A stretch of 64,000 bases of DNA from Candidatus Eiseniibacteriota bacterium (GCA_963792585.1 CAWBWI010000003.1:864001-928000); one strand, 5' to 3'. Shown: positions 18,990 to 30,399, counted from the stretch's first letter. A program made the numbers and translations. Notes: generated from the sequence alone by a model not told the origin.

Positions 18990-21160
18990 CGGGCAACTCC
19001 CATGTGCCGATCGTCTGGATCGGCGTCTGTGCCGGCAGCTCCGCGAGCGAGATGACCGGGAGGCGCGGCATCGTGGGTTCGATCAGTCTGCGGATGCCGA
19101 TCCGCAGCGCCGGCGGCGTGATGAGCGGCGGCGTCGGGCCGTTCTTGCGCGCGGAGGCGACCGTCCGGGCGAGCGACTCGAGCGCGCCGGAGAGCTGCTC
19201 GGGCTCGATCGTTTTCGCCCCTTCGCGGCTGCGCGGGCTGAAGAGCTGCATCAGGGCCACCTCGAGCTTCGGCCCGACGGTGATCGCCTGGATCGGGCCG
19301 TCACGGCTGCCGACGACCTGCGTGATCACCAGGGGAAGGGAACGGCGGACGTGCTCGGCGAGAACCTCCGGGTCCTTGCTCTGGTCGGCTGCGTCCGAGA
19401 GCGATTCGAGGATGGTGACGAGGTCGCGGATCGGGATTCCTTCCCGCAGCAGCCGCTGCAGGACACGGTGCGTGGTTCCGAGCGATACGCGATTGGGGAC
19501 CACGTCCTCGATGAGCGCGGGATGGGTTTCCTTCAATCCGTCGAGCAACTCGCGGACATTCTGACGGTTCAGGAGTTCGGACGCGTGCGCGCGGATCGTC
19601 TCCATCAGGTGCGTCGAGAGCACCGTTGCCGGTTCGACCACGGTGTAGCCCTGAGCCTCGGCGCTGATGCGCCGATCGGGGGAGATCCACACCGACGGGA
19701 TGCCGAAGGTCGGATCGGTCGTCTGGATTCCCTCCAGACGGGCGGCGACCCCGGCCGTGTTGAGCGCGAGCATCTGGCGCGGGAGCAACTCGCTCGCCCG
19801 CCACGCGCGCCCCGCGCAGCTTGATCACATACTCGTTGGGGCCGAGCTGGATGTTGTCGCGGATGCGAACCGACGGCACGATCATGCCCAGCTCGAAGGC
19901 GAGTTGCTTGCGCATGATCCCGATTCGCTGGAGCAGGTCGCCGCGCTGGCCCTCGTCGACGAGGGGAACGAGGCCGTAACCGATCTCCATCTCGAGCGGC
20001 TCGACCGCCAGGATCTCACGCACGGGCGGAGCGCCCGTCGGACCGCCGGCACCGGACGGCTTCGCCGCGTCGGTCGTCTCGTCCTCGGCGTCCTGCCTGG
20101 CGGACGCGCGCTTGCCGGCCTGATACGCGACCCCGCAGGTCACGCCCGCAAGCATGAGGAACGGGATCGCGGGCAGGCCGGGAACGAGCGCGAAAAGGCC
20201 GAGGATCGCTCCCGCCGTCCAGATGGCGCGGGGATTGCGGGTCAGCTGCTGGCCGATCGACGAGCCCATGCCCGTGCCCGTGGATCCGTAGGTCACCAGC
20301 ATGCCGGCCGCCGTGCTGACGATCAGTGCCGGAATCTGGGTGACCAGGCCGTCACCGACGGTCAGCGAGCTGTAGGTCGTCAACGCTTCGCCCGCGCTCA
20401 GACCGCGCTGGGTCATTCCGATGATGAAGCCGCCGATCAGGTTGATCAGCGTGATGACGAGTCCAGCGACGGCATCGCCGCGCACGAACTTCGCGGCGCC
20501 GTCCATCGACCCGTAGAAGTCGGCGTAGCGGCTGATCTCGTCCCGCCGCCGGCGCGCCTCGGATTCGTCGATCAGCCCGGCGCCCAGGTCGGCGTCGATG
20601 CTCATCTGCCGCCCCGGCATCGCGTCCAGGGTGAAGCGGGCCGCGACCTCGGCGATGCGCCCGGCGCCCTTGGTGATGACGATGAAGTTGATCACGACCA
20701 GGATCAGGAAGATCACGAGGCCGACGACGACATTGCCGCCGATCACGAAGTTGCCGAACGCGGCGATCACCTTGCCCGCGTGTCCCTGGCTCAGGATCAG
20801 GCGCGTGCTGCTGACGTTGAGGCCGAGGCGGAAGAGCGTGATCAGCAGGAGCAGGCTCGGGAAGATGCTGAACTCGAGCGGATCCCGCGTCGAGACGGTC
20901 ACGAGCAGCACGATGATCGAGAGCGCGAAGGAGAGGGCGAGCAGCATGTCGAGCATGAAGGGCGGCAGCGGCAGGATCAGGAGCGCCACCACGGCCACGA
21001 CGCCGATCGCGAGGTAGGTCTCGGCCGCCGCCGCGAGACTCGGGCGCCGGCTGATCTGCGCGCCCCGGGAGGCGCCCTTCACGGAGACGGCTCCGCCTCC
21101 TCCTCCACCCAAACTTGCCCGCACGGCGGCGGGCGCCTCGGTCATGTGCAGTGCGCTCAC
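18979..21160 (-). CDS. flhA: flagellar export gate FlhA (one frameshift near 19795)
   Basis: FPSLLL..TLFRL.LNV.STR, AEVAARFTLDAMPG.QMSIDADL, DGA.KFV.GDA. The C-terminal half (IRDL.TILE.L) is in ORF 18979..19788. Confidence 0.93.
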
Positions 21161-22284
21161 GCATTCCTCCCGGCAACGAGGGCGATATCAGATGCGGATG
21201 TGACGGTTCCTGCGATGCTCGCTCGGTGGCGATAGACGAAGGCCAGGATCTCGGCCACGGCTGCGTAGAGCGCCGGTGGGATCGGCTTGCCGACGACCGC
21301 GGTGGCGAGCAGGGCGCGGGCCACCGGCTTGTTCTCGAGGACCGGAACACGCGCGCCGAGGGCGATCGCCTTGATGCGCTCCGCGAGCTTGCGTTGCCCC
21401 ATCGCCACCACGATCGGGGCGGGCGCCTCGTCGGTGTCGTACTTCAGAGCGATGGCGATCTCGGTCGGGTTGACGATCACGACATCGGCGTCGGGCACCG
21501 CCTGGATCATTCGCCTGCGGGCGAGCGCGCGTCCCATCGCCCGGATGCGGCCCTTGATCATCGGATCGCCTTCGGACTCGCGTTGCTCGAGGATGACCTC
21601 CTGCCGGGTCATCCGCAGGTTCTTCTCCATCTTGAACCACTGGTAGCCGTAGTCGATCGCCGCGACCACGAGGAAGGCCATCCCGGTCATGACCGCGAGC
21701 CGCAGCAGGAGGTTGCGCAGGACCATCGCGATGTCGGCCGGGGTGGTGTCGACGAGACTGACCAGCTCCGGCCAGCTTCGGGAGATCACCGTGTAGGTGA
21801 TCACGGCGAGCACTGCGAGCTTCGCCAGCGACTTTCCGAGGGTGAAGATCGCCTCTCCGTTGACGATCCGTTTCATCCCGGCGATCGGATCCACGTGCGA
21901 CCACTTCGGCTCGATCGACTTGAACGAGACGACGCCGCGGGCCTGGATCAGGTTGACGAAGAGGACGATGCCGGCGAGACCGATCAGGAACGGAAGGCAC
22001 GCGAGGACGAACCCGCCCGCGGCGGTCCGCAGGATCGTGATGCCCGAGCCGGTGGTGATCGGGTCGCTCGAGAGCCAGTTCGCCGATTCGCGCGTGAGGC
22101 GGGTCGCGTACCCCGAGAGGCTGCGCGCTCCGACCGTCGCCAGGATGACGGCGCCGCCGAGAAGAACCGCCGCCGCGGACAGCTCGACGCTCCGCGCGAT
22201 CTGCCCTTCCTCCCTCGCCTGCTCACGCCGGCGCGGGGTTGGGCTTTCAGTCCTCTCTTGAGAGCTGTTCTCTTCGGGCGCCAT
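21157..22284 (-). CDS. flhB: flagellar export switch FlhB
   Basis: RTESPTPRR, EGDPMIKGRIR, autocleavage-like motif NPTE (canonical NPTH), PLARAL-like KPVARAL. Confidence 0.95.
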   Translation of the reverse strand: MAPEENSSQERTESPTPRRREQAREEGQIARSVELSAAAVLLGGAVILATVGARSLSGYATRLTRESANWLSSDPITTGSGITILRTAAGGFVLACLPFLIGLAGIVLFVNLIQARGVVSFKSIEPKWSHVDPIAGMKRIVNGEAIFTLGKSLAKLAVLAVITYTVISRSWPELVSLVDTTPADIAMVLRNLLLRLAVMTGMAFLVVAAIDYGYQWFKMEKNLRMTRQEVILEQRESEGDPMIKGRIRAMGRALARRRMIQAVPDADVVIVNPTEIAIALKYDTDEAPAPIVVAMGQRKLAERIKAIALGARVPVLENKPVARALLATAVVGKPIPPALYAAVAEILAFVYRHRASIAGTVTSASDIALVAGRNA

Positions 22285-22287
22285 CGG

Positions 22288-23086
22288 TTACGGCCCCACC
22301 GGGTGGAAGCTGTCGACCGCTCGAAGGACGTCGGCGGGAAGCGCGTTCATCCAGCCGCCGATGTTGTTGGCGAGGAACGGGAGCGCGGCGCCGAGCATGA
22401 TCAGTCCGACCCCGATCGTGAGGGGAAGGGCCACCATCATCGCGTTCAACTGCGGAACGGCGCGGTTGAGGATCGCGAGGGCGACGTTGGTCAGCAAGAG
22501 CGCCACCATGACCGGGCTCGCCGTCCGGATCGCCGTCGAGAAGAGCGAACCGAAGAGGAGAATGCAATTGCTGCCGCTGTCGAGACCGACGGACGCGCCC
22601 GGCGGAATGCTTTGCAGGCTCTCGGCCAGTCCCCGCAACAGCATCAGGTGCCCGCCCACCGCGATGTAGATCAGGAGGCGCGAGGAGGCCCTTGATCTGC
22701 CCGACGCCCGAGACCTCCAGGTCAGCCATCGGCGAGAGGGCCGGCCCGAGAGCGAGTCCCATCTGGATGGCGACGATCTCGCCCGCGTAGGCGACACCCT
22801 GGACGATCACCGCGGCGGTGAGCCCGATGGCGACGCCGATCAGGACTTCCATCGCGAGGGGAATCGGCAGTCGAGCATCGCCGCCTCCGGCATCGTTACG
22901 CGCGGCGTGACCGGCAAGAGCATGATCGCAAAGAGGACGATCGCCGCGCCCCGGATCGTCCGCGGGAGCATCGACATCGACCAGAGCGGTCCGACCATCA
23001 TCAGACCGGTCAGCCGGGCCGTCACGAAGACGAACGTCGGCCAGTTGCCGGGTGCGAGGACGCCTGCTGATGAAATCGGGCATCAT
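22288..23086 (-). CDS. fliR: flagellar export protein FliR (frameshifted)
   Basis: ARLTGLMMVGP, EVLIGVAIG, AGEIVAIQMGL, GGHLMLL, NRAVPQLN..ALPLTI in successive frames. Confidence 0.85.
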
Positions 23087-23352
23087 CCCACCAGGGTCCC
23101 GAAGGTGTGGAGGATGCCGACGAGGTAATCGATCAGCCGGGACAGGATCCAGGGCAGTGTGATCATGAAGACCACCGCCATGGCGAGCAGCTTCGGGATG
23201 AACGTCAGCGTCTGCTCCTGGATCTGGGTCACGGCCTGGATGAGGCTCACGACCACGCCCACGAGCAGGGCGGTGACCAGCATCGGGGCGGCGACGAGCA
23301 GCGCCAGCGTGACGGCGCGGCGGAGCAGCTCGACGGCGAAGTCGGGTGTCAT
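23083..23352 (-). CDS. fliQ: flagellar export protein FliQ
   Basis: GVVVSLIQAVTQIQEQTLTFIPK. Confidence 0.96.
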   Translation of the reverse strand: MTPDFAVELLRRAVTLALLVAAPMLVTALLVGVVVSLIQAVTQIQEQTLTFIPKLLAMAVVFMITLPWILSRLIDYLVGILHTFGTLVG

Positions 23353-23358
23353 CGCGAC

Positions 23359-24509
23359 CTACCGGAAGCTCATGACGAGGTTCTGGACGACGAGCGTCCA
23401 GCCGTCGGCGAGGACGAACAGCAGCAGCTTGAACGGCAGGGAGACCATCATCGGCGGCAGCATGAACATGCCCAGGCTCATCAGCACCGACGCGACGATG
23501 ATGTCGACGACGATGAACGGCAGGAAGATCACGAAGCCCATCTGGAACGCGGTGCGCAGCTCGCTGGTCACGAAGGCGGACACCAGGGTGACCGTCGGCA
23601 TCTCCTCGGCCGAGGCGACGATCTTCCTTGCCCGAAAGCTCGGCGAACGTCGCGAGGTCCTTCTCGCGCGTGTTCGCCAGCATGAACTCGCGGAACGGCT
23701 GCACGCCCTGGTTGATAGGCCTCGACCTGCGTGATCTGGCCCTCCAGGTAGGGCTGCAGGGCGTCGCGGTTGGCTTGCTGCAGGACCGGGTCCATGACGA
23801 CGCCGGTCAGCAGCACCGCCAGCGCCACCAGCAAGCTGGGCCGGCGGCGCGGTCTGGGTGCCGATGGCGGGCCGCAGGAAGTGCAGCACGATCAGGATGC
23901 GCGTGAAGCTGGTCATCAGCAGGAACAGCGCGGGCAGCAGCGTCAGGACGCCGATCAGGACCACGAGGCCGACGGCGCCGGTCAGGTGGAGCGCATTGGT
24001 GCCCATCCCCGACCTTGATGTCGACTTGGGGGACGATCGGCTGGGCGGGTCCGGTCACGGTGGGGCCGGCCGCGAGAACCGCCTGCGCGACCGGATATGC
24101 CGGGTTCGCCCCGGATGCCGGCGTGGGCGCCAGAGAGCCGGCGAGCGCAGCCGCGAGGATGAGCCCGAACCCCAGCAGCTTCGACCACTTGATGGCGCCG
24201 ACTCTGCCGATCGGACGTGCGGGCTGCGGGGGATGCAACGCCTCCTCGAGCGTCTGCTCGGTCAGCTCGGTCAGAAACTGCGCCCCCTTGTCGTGCGGTC
24301 GAGAGGACCAGCACGCGATCACCGACACGCAGCAGCACAACCCCTTGCTTGGGCCCGATCGAGATCCTCTTGAGGACGGTCAACGGCACGCCCGCGCCGC
24401 CGCCGGTCCCCGCTCCCTGAATCCGCTTGAGCAGGAAGACGGCCACGGCGAGCATGCCGAGGGTGACGGCGAGCGCCCCGATGACGCTGATCAGACCCGA
24501 CCCGATCAC
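23359..24509 (-). CDS. fliP: probable FliO-FliP fusion (several frameshifts in this sequence)
   Basis: The FliO-like N-terminus (TM, then LKRISIGPKQ..LLRVGDRVLVL...FLTEL) runs through a linker into FliP motifs MTSFTRI.IVL, SELRTAFQMGF, MSLGMFMLPP..SLPFKLLLFVL.DGW. Confidence 0.8.
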
Positions 24510-24836
24510 GACGACGGACTCGTCGCCCGTGTTGGAAAGCAGCCGCGTGATCCGGATGCCGAAGTGCTCGCCGACCACGACCACCTCGCCCTGTGCCAGC
24601 CTTCGATTGCTGACGTAGATGTCGACCGGCTCGCCGACCATTCGATCGAGCTGGATAACCGACCCGACTCCCAGCTCGAGGACTTCCTGGATGGTCATGC
24701 TGGTCCGACCGATCTCGATCACCACCGGCATCGGAACGTCCATGAGCGCGGCGAGCGCGGTCGATTGCGCCGCGGATTCATCGGTTCCGACCTCGTGCAA
24801 TGCAGGGGCCCAATCAGACCGGGTTTCGTCCGCCAT
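24506..24836 (-). CDS. fliN: flagellar switch protein FliN
   Basis: LMDVPMPVVIEIGRT...GSVIQLDRMVGEPVDIYV...AQGEVVVV.EHFGIRIT. The expected TGA at 24506-24508 is out of frame by one base. Confidence 0.88.
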
Positions 24837-25835
24837 CAGATCACTCTCCCTTCCCGTATGTGGCCCTGCCGGCGCGATGCCGAGCCCAGGACCGACTGCG
24901 CGAGCCGTAGACCGACCTGGTTCTTGATCTGACCGGTCGTGCCGAGGAACCAGGGACGCCTGTTGACGAAGACCTCGACCGGACTGTCGATGTAGTGGGG
25001 CGTGAGAATCGTCTGGCCGACCTTCAAACCGGAGAGCGCGCGGGCGCTGAGGGAACACGCGGGCATACGGGCGGTGATCGCGACCCGTGCGTGCTTGCAG
25101 ACCGGACTCTTCCAGGGCCGCGGGCGCGGCCCAGGCGGTGAGACCGCTGGGCGCGTTCGGTCCCGTTCGGTCGTGCAGGACCGGCTCGACAACATCCATC
25201 GTGAAGCAGGTCGTGACGTATCCTGTGACGCCGCCCGAGCGGATTTCGAAGTTCGCCAGGAGGATCGGATCGTCGGGGTTCGCGATCTCGAGCATTTCCG
25301 GGTCCGACTCGTACCGCACGATCTCGGGCTCGATCGTGAGCTGTTCCCGCCACGCGTCGCGCATGATCGCCAAGGTGCGCTCGGCGATGGCGCGGACCAC
25401 CCCCTGCTCGAGGATCGTCAGGCTTCGCTTCAAGGCGTCCGATTGACCCGGGCCTCCGAGGAGGCGATCGACCAGGTGAAGCGCGAATGGGGCGCTGAAG
25501 TCGAGGACTCCGTGCACGCCCCCCGATGGTCCTGCTCGGAAGATGAACGCGGCGCAGGGGGAGGCGAGGACCATCTTGAACTCCGCGAAGGTCAGCGACT
25601 CCACGCTGGAGATCACGACGTCCGTCGGGGCGCGAAGGCGCGCCGCGAGCATTCCTTGAAGCCCGAGCGCAAAGCGGTCGTGCATGATCGCGAGGACCTT
25701 GCGACGGTGGTGCGGGACCCGCGGTGGGCGGAGGAAGCTGTAAGAAACGACCGTCGATTCCGCGCTCGAGCGCGCGTAGCCCTCATCGCCCCTCATGAGG
25801 GCGTCGATGTCCTGTTGCCGCAGAAATTCGCTCAT
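24836..25835 (-). CDS. fliM: flagellar switch protein FliM (frameshift near 25095)
   Basis: MSEFLRQQDIDALM CheY-binding-type N-terminus, VDRLLGG, LTILEQ. The SpoA domain is in ORF 24836..25195. Confidence 0.88.
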
Positions 25836-25844
25836 CGGCGGCGC

Positions 25845-26477
25845 CTACTGGATCACGAACTGCGGAAGGTAAACGCGCATCTCCGCGTCTTCCGCGTAGG
25901 GCGCGATCACTGCGGCGAGCCGGGATCTCAGGCTGTCCCGAGCGCCCGGCCGCGTGAGCATCTCCATCGACTGGTTTTCGAGGACCGAGATGACCTGGTC
26001 GCGGATGGCGATGTCGTTGGCCCGGAGCATCTCCTCGACCTTCGGGTCGTCGAACTCGAAGGCCACGGAGGCCATCAGGAAACGACTGCCCTCGGTTCCC
26101 GCCGGGTTCACGATCAAGTTCTCGATCTTGAGGACCGACCCCTCGGCTTTTCCCTCCTTGCTCGAGTGCTTCCCCTCCTTCACTTTCTTGCCCTTCTTCG
26201 CGGTCGTCTCGGTGCCCTTCGTTTCCTTCGCCTTCTCGGCGGCTTTGCCGATTCCCTGCTTGGTCGGCTCGGAAGGCTTGGCGACGCGGGCGGCGTTGAT
26301 CTTCGGGCCGAGCACGAGACCCCCTCCGGCCCCGCCGAGGAGCACGCCTCCGGCGATCACCCCGATCAGGATCAGCTGCTTGGTGCGGCCGGACGATCCT
26401 GTCCCGTCGCCGGTGGATTCCGAGTTCGCGTGTTTCGAGGAAGGCGATTCGGGCTCGGGCTTGTTCTTCTCTGCCAT
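25845..26477 (-). CDS. fliL: flagellar basal body protein FliL
   Basis: Single TM, Lys-rich linker, LIVNPAGT..RFL, IRDQVI..L, VYLPQFVIQ. Confidence 0.9.
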   Translation of the reverse strand: MAEKNKPEPESPSSKHANSESTGDGTGSSGRTKQLILIGVIAGGVLLGGAGGGLVLGPKINAARVAKPSEPTKQGIGKAAEKAKETKGTETTAKKGKKVKEGKHSSKEGKAEGSVLKIENLIVNPAGTEGSRFLMASVAFEFDDPKVEEMLRANDIAIRDQVISVLENQSMEMLTRPGARDSLRSRLAAVIAPYAEDAEMRVYLPQFVIQ

Positions 26478-26536
26478 CGTTTCTCGATCCTCTGTTTGGT
26501 TTCGGGGCGGCGCATTCCTAGGCCCCGGGGTCTCTA

Positions 26537-26552
26537 GGCAAGCGACGTGCCA
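26537..26552 (-). promoter_or_regulatory. sigma54 -24/-12 promoter of the fliL operon
   Basis: Minus strand TGGCAC-GTCGC-TTGCC, near-perfect consensus. Confidence 0.85.
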
Positions 26553-26792
26553 CGATTCGGGACTCCCCGGGCCTTTTGCGTTGGCGGAATCGGAATCGGC
26601 GTGGATCTTGAAACTATTGCAATGGCAATGAGTTATGGGTTGGGCGAGGGCGTCTTCTCACTGCGGATCGAGACGCCACGCTCCTCACCCGGGGTGGTGG
26701 GCAGGGAGTTCAGAAACTCTTGCCGGTATGCACCGGCGGAACTTGCCGTTCGGTGGAGGGGCCGTCCGGCTCCCCCCACCAAACGAGGATGA

Positions 26793-28037
26793 CTAGCGGA
26801 GCAGTCCGACGACCTCGTTGAGCATCTCGTCGGCGGTCGCGACGATCCGCGCGCTCGCCTGGAAGCCCCGCTGGGTGATGATCATGTCGCTGAATTCCTG
26901 CGAGATGTCCACGTTCGAACCTTCGAGGGCCCCGGAGGCGATCGAGGATCCGGACCCGCCGATCGCGAAGCCGATCGTGGCGGGACCCGAGTCGGCCGAC
27001 TCGGCATAGAGGGCGTCGCCCGACCGGACCAAGCCGTCCGGGTTGTTGAACGCGGCCACGGCAATCTTACCGAATACCTGGGTAGCGCCGTTCGAGAAGG
27101 CGCCGGTGATCGAGCCGGTCGCGTCGATGCTGATGCCCGAGAGGGTCCCGGCCGTCCTGCCGTTCTGGCCCCGGGTCGAGGCGCTGGAGGCGCCCGCGAA
27201 GGAGGACAGGCCTGCGCCGTCCGTGGAGGCCTCGGCCAGGATGGACACGTTGATCGACCCCCCGCCCGCCGTGGGCAGGGTGAGGCCGGCCGCCCCGTCC
27301 GGGTGGGTGAAGGCCGTGAGCTTCCCGTCGGCGTCAAAGGTAGCCGTCCCATCGGCCGTGGCGGTGACGTCGGTGCCGTCGCACGACGCCTTCCATGTCC
27401 AGGAGCCGGGGCTCACGTTCGTGAAGGTGATCGACAGATCGTGCGCGGCCCCGCTCGCGTCGTAGGCGGTGCCACCGACGACCCGGGTCGTGCCGGCCGC
27501 GGCGGTGGCGTCCAAGTTGCCGCCGATCCGGATCTCACTCGTCGCGCGGGCTGCGGAGACCGCGTCGAGGGGGATCACCAAATCCCCGATCGTCGCGGCC
27601 GAACCCACGGTGCCGTCCGCCGCTGCGGCTGCGCCCTGCAGGACCGACCCGCCCCCCGGCAGGAGCAGGTGGCCCAGAGCGTCCAGCTGGAAGTCGCCGG
27701 CGCGCGTATAGGCGATGCGGTCGCCGTCACGCACGACGAAGAGTCCCCTCCCCTGAATGGCCAGGTCGAACGTACGCCCCGTGCTCTCGAGCGCTCCTTG
27801 CGTGAAGACCGACCCGATGCTCCCGATGCCGGCGCCGGTGCCGACCTCGAGCGCGCGGGGCGCGCCGCTGCCGGAGGTCGTCCCGGCCATCATCTTCTGC
27901 GCGAACGCTTCCTTGAAGGAGACCCTCGATGCCTTGAAGCCCAGGGTGTTCGCGTTGGCGATGTTGTCGCCGATCACATCCATTCGGACCTGGTGGCTGC
28001 GGAGTCCCGACAGTCCTGCGAGCAGGGCGCGCATCAT
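26793..28037 (-). CDS. flgE: flagellar hook protein FlgE
   Basis: MDVIGDNIANANT.GFK, TG..FDLAIQG.G.F, YTRAGDF, LEGSNVDISQEFSDMIITQRGFQASAR. Confidence 0.95.
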   Translation of the reverse strand: MMRALLAGLSGLRSHQVRMDVIGDNIANANTLGFKASRVSFKEAFAQKMMAGTTSGSGAPRALEVGTGAGIGSIGSVFTQGALESTGRTFDLAIQGRGLFVVRDGDRIAYTRAGDFQLDALGHLLLPGGGSVLQGAAAAADGTVGSAATIGDLVIPLDAVSAARATSEIRIGGNLDATAAAGTTRVVGGTAYDASGAAHDLSITFTNVSPGSWTWKASCDGTDVTATADGTATFDADGKLTAFTHPDGAAGLTLPTAGGGSINVSILAEASTDGAGLSSFAGASSASTRGQNGRTAGTLSGISIDATGSITGAFSNGATQVFGKIAVAAFNNPDGLVRSGDALYAESADSGPATIGFAIGGSGSSIASGALEGSNVDISQEFSDMIITQRGFQASARIVATADEMLNEVVGLLR

Positions 28038-28756
28038 GACTTCAACTCGCTTTCCAGGGGCAGGAACCCCTTCGCGGCAGCCAACGACTGAGGCGGATTG
28101 TTTGCCGGTCCGATCTCGACGACGTCATCCATCGAGATCTCCATGCCGTCGATCTCGAGGATGATCTCGCCGTCGCGGAAGAGGATCCCCGCGACGGTTC
28201 CCCGGGAGTAGGTCGTCACCTCGACCGACTCGCCGGCGGCGTCCTTGACCTCGAGCGAGTAGGTGTAGTTGCCGGCGGGCAGATCGTCGGGGAGCGTGAG
28301 CGTTTGCTTGCCGCCGTCCACGACCCCGAGATCGCGGGTCGCGACGACCCGTCCCGTGGAGTCCCGGAGGTTCAAGGTCGCGGTCCCGCCGCCCGCGCCC
28401 ACCTCGACCCGAATCGCCGCTTGTCCCGACGAGGGCACATGAACCTTGTCGCCGGTGGCGACCACACCCCTCCCGACGAGCGAAGAACTGAAGGCGGCCT
28501 TGGTCATGATCGTCGCCAGCTCGACGGACTGGGTCTGGATGGCGAGCTGATCGTTCAGCTGGGACAGTTGCTCGACGTTGGAGAAGGACGCGAGCTGCGC
28601 GGCAAACTCCTGCGGTTCGAGTGGATTGAGTGGATTTTGGTATCGCAATTGGGTCAGAAGTAGCTGCATAAACTCATTCTTACCCAAAGAAGTGCGACCG
28701 CTCGCCTCGGACGTCGAGGTTGTCGTCGAGCTGACCGTGTTGTTCGTGTCGATCAT
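28034..28756 (-). CDS. flgD: hook capping protein FlgD
   Basis: LGKNEFMQLLLTQLRYQNPLNP...FAAQLASFS.VEQL. Confidence 0.93.
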   Translation of the reverse strand: MIDTNNTVSSTTTSTSEASGRTSLGKNEFMQLLLTQLRYQNPLNPLEPQEFAAQLASFSNVEQLSQLNDQLAIQTQSVELATIMTKAAFSSSLVGRGVVATGDKVHVPSSGQAAIRVEVGAGGGTATLNLRDSTGRVVATRDLGVVDGGKQTLTLPDDLPAGNYTYSLEVKDAAGESVEVTTYSRGTVAGILFRDGEIILEIDGMEISMDDVVEIGPANNPPQSLAAAKGFLPLESELKS

Positions 28757-28771
28757 CGTCGGCCTTCCTTT

Positions 28772-29719
28772 CTAGGAAGCGAATCGCCCATCCCGGCGAC
28801 CCTCCTCGCGGGGGGCTGCCGATCGGCCTTGGGGTCCTTCTTCCGGAGTCCGATCGCCGGGACCCCGTCGAGAGGCCGGGGCGGAATCGGGCGGCTGCGC
28901 GTGGCGAACGGTCACGTTCGCCTCGACGAAACCCTGGGTGAGGAGGGAGCGGTGAAGGTCACCGAGATCGTTGTTCCAGCGACGAACCGCGTCCCGGTCG
29001 GAGGAGACGATCGTCGCGTGGAGCGCCTGACCGCGGACGGCGAGGCGCATCCTCCCCGAGACTCCGTCCTCTATCCCGAAGCGGACGGTGACCTGGGTCG
29101 CGGAGGGGTCCTTCGGGGCGGACGGCGTCTCGGCCGGAGCGTCACCCCCCGCGGTCTGCTCGGGGGCGTTCGCCTCGTCGATTTCCACACCACGCATCGG
29201 GCCGGACTCCGAGGTCGCCCGGACACCAACGGCCGTCGCGCCGGATCCATCGGCCGGGCCGGCCGGCCGGCCCGCGTTGGCTGCAACCCCACGGTCCGCG
29301 CCCTTCGATTCGATCCTCACGGCTTCGACCTTGAAACTCGCCGGCGGGTTCTCCGACCGGGTGTCCGGCCCCGCTGGCGGCTCGGGCCCAGGCGCGGGAG
29401 ACCCTTCGGCCGGTGGCTCGGGCAGCCCCCCGGACCCCTTTTCACCCGCATGGGTCGCGCGCGTCGCCCCGTTCGTTCCCTCCGCGGGGGGCGCGTCCGC
29501 GCCGGTCATTCGCCTCGGGGCGGCCTCCGCCTGCTCGCTCCCGTCGGAGGAGGGCTCGGCCACGGTCGGGCGCAACGGCGCATTCTCCGGCTTCGGGCCC
29601 GAAAGGGCCTGAGCGAGCGCGCGATCGAACGAGGTGCTTTCGATCTTCGGCCGCTTCGCAGTGCGGGTCGGCTGCGCCGGACGGCCGGTCTGCGGGCGTG
29701 GGGGCTCTACGCGGCTCAC
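28772..29719 (-). CDS. fliK: hook-length control protein FliK-like
   Basis: Pro/Ala-rich disordered N-terminus and a C-terminal T3S4-like segment (GRMRLAVRGQALHATIV...L..SL..QGF), directly upstream of flgD. Confidence 0.6.
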   Translation of the reverse strand: MSRVEPPRPQTGRPAQPTRTAKRPKIESTSFDRALAQALSGPKPENAPLRPTVAEPSSDGSEQAEAAPRRMTGADAPPAEGTNGATRATHAGEKGSGGLPEPPAEGSPAPGPEPPAGPDTRSENPPASFKVEAVRIESKGADRGVAANAGRPAGPADGSGATAVGVRATSESGPMRGVEIDEANAPEQTAGGDAPAETPSAPKDPSATQVTVRFGIEDGVSGRMRLAVRGQALHATIVSSDRDAVRRWNNDLGDLHRSLLTQGFVEANVTVRHAQPPDSAPASRRGPGDRTPEEGPQGRSAAPREEGRRDGRFAS

Positions 29720-30399
29720 GGTGTCTCCGATTCGGGGTCCTCGAGCAATCGTCGGCTCAGGGCGGCCGCCCGCTCGGGAGGAAGCTGCGCGAGGACGGTC
29801 GCGGCCGAACGGGCGCCCATCGCGACGATCAGCCGCTGCACCTGCTCATCGGGCAGGTCTTTGAGAACCTTTGCCGCATCCGCGGGCTTCATGTTCGTCA
29901 GGATCTTCGCGAGAAGCTTCAGCTCTTTTCCGTCCCGCGCCTTCGCGGTGCCCGAAGCGACCGCCGGCTGCGCGACCGGCGGGGCCGTTTTGATGGTCTC
30001 CTCGCTCCGGGCCGCGAGCTCGGGTTGCCCCGCGGGTGGGGTCTCCACCTTCACGGCGGCATCGGGTGCTTTCAACCCCTCCGGATTCATCGCCCCATCG
30101 GGCGCCTTCGACCCCTCCGGTTCCATCGCCCCGACGGGCGCTTTCGTCCCCTCCGGGTTCATCGCCCCATCGGGCACCCTCGCGGCGTCCTCGGGCTTCG
30201 ACCCCTCGGCGAGCATTGCCGCCGGGGATTCCGCGTGTCCTGAAGGGGTTTGGGTTGCCGGGGTCCCGGGGGCGCCCGCCGACTCCACCACCGGCGCGAC
30301 GACGGGTGGGAGAGGCGGCGCGGTGAGGACGCGAATCAACGTCGAGACCACCAGCGCCGCGACGAAACCGCCCGCGCCGAAGATGATCAGCTTCTTCAT
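29716..30399 (-). CDS. MotE/FlbB(YlxF)-like protein with N-terminal TM
   Basis: C-terminal LAKILTNMKPADAAKVL...MGARSAATVLAQLPPERAAAL. Located between fliJ and fliK. Confidence 0.7.
   Translation of the reverse strand: MKKLIIFGAGGFVAALVVSTLIRVLTAPPLPPVVAPVVESAGAPGTPATQTPSGHAESPAAMLAEGSKPEDAARVPDGAMNPEGTKAPVGAMEPEGSKAPDGAMNPEGLKAPDAAVKVETPPAGQPELAARSEETIKTAPPVAQPAVASGTAKARDGKELKLLAKILTNMKPADAAKVLKDLPDEQVQRLIVAMGARSAATVLAQLPPERAAALSRRLLEDPESETP
30061..30174 (-). repeat. 36-bp (12-aa) in-frame tandem repeat, about 3 copies
   Basis: PDGAMNPEGTKA / PVGAMEPEGSKA / PDGAMNPEGLKA. Confidence 0.85.

Noticed and set aside
23982..25835. 617-aa FliM-FliN-FliO fusion ORF
   Set aside because: The FliM C-terminus lies in another frame ending in a TGATG overlap with fliN, and a GTGA stop/start overlap at 24506-24509 is one base out of frame. 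Indels explain the ORF best.
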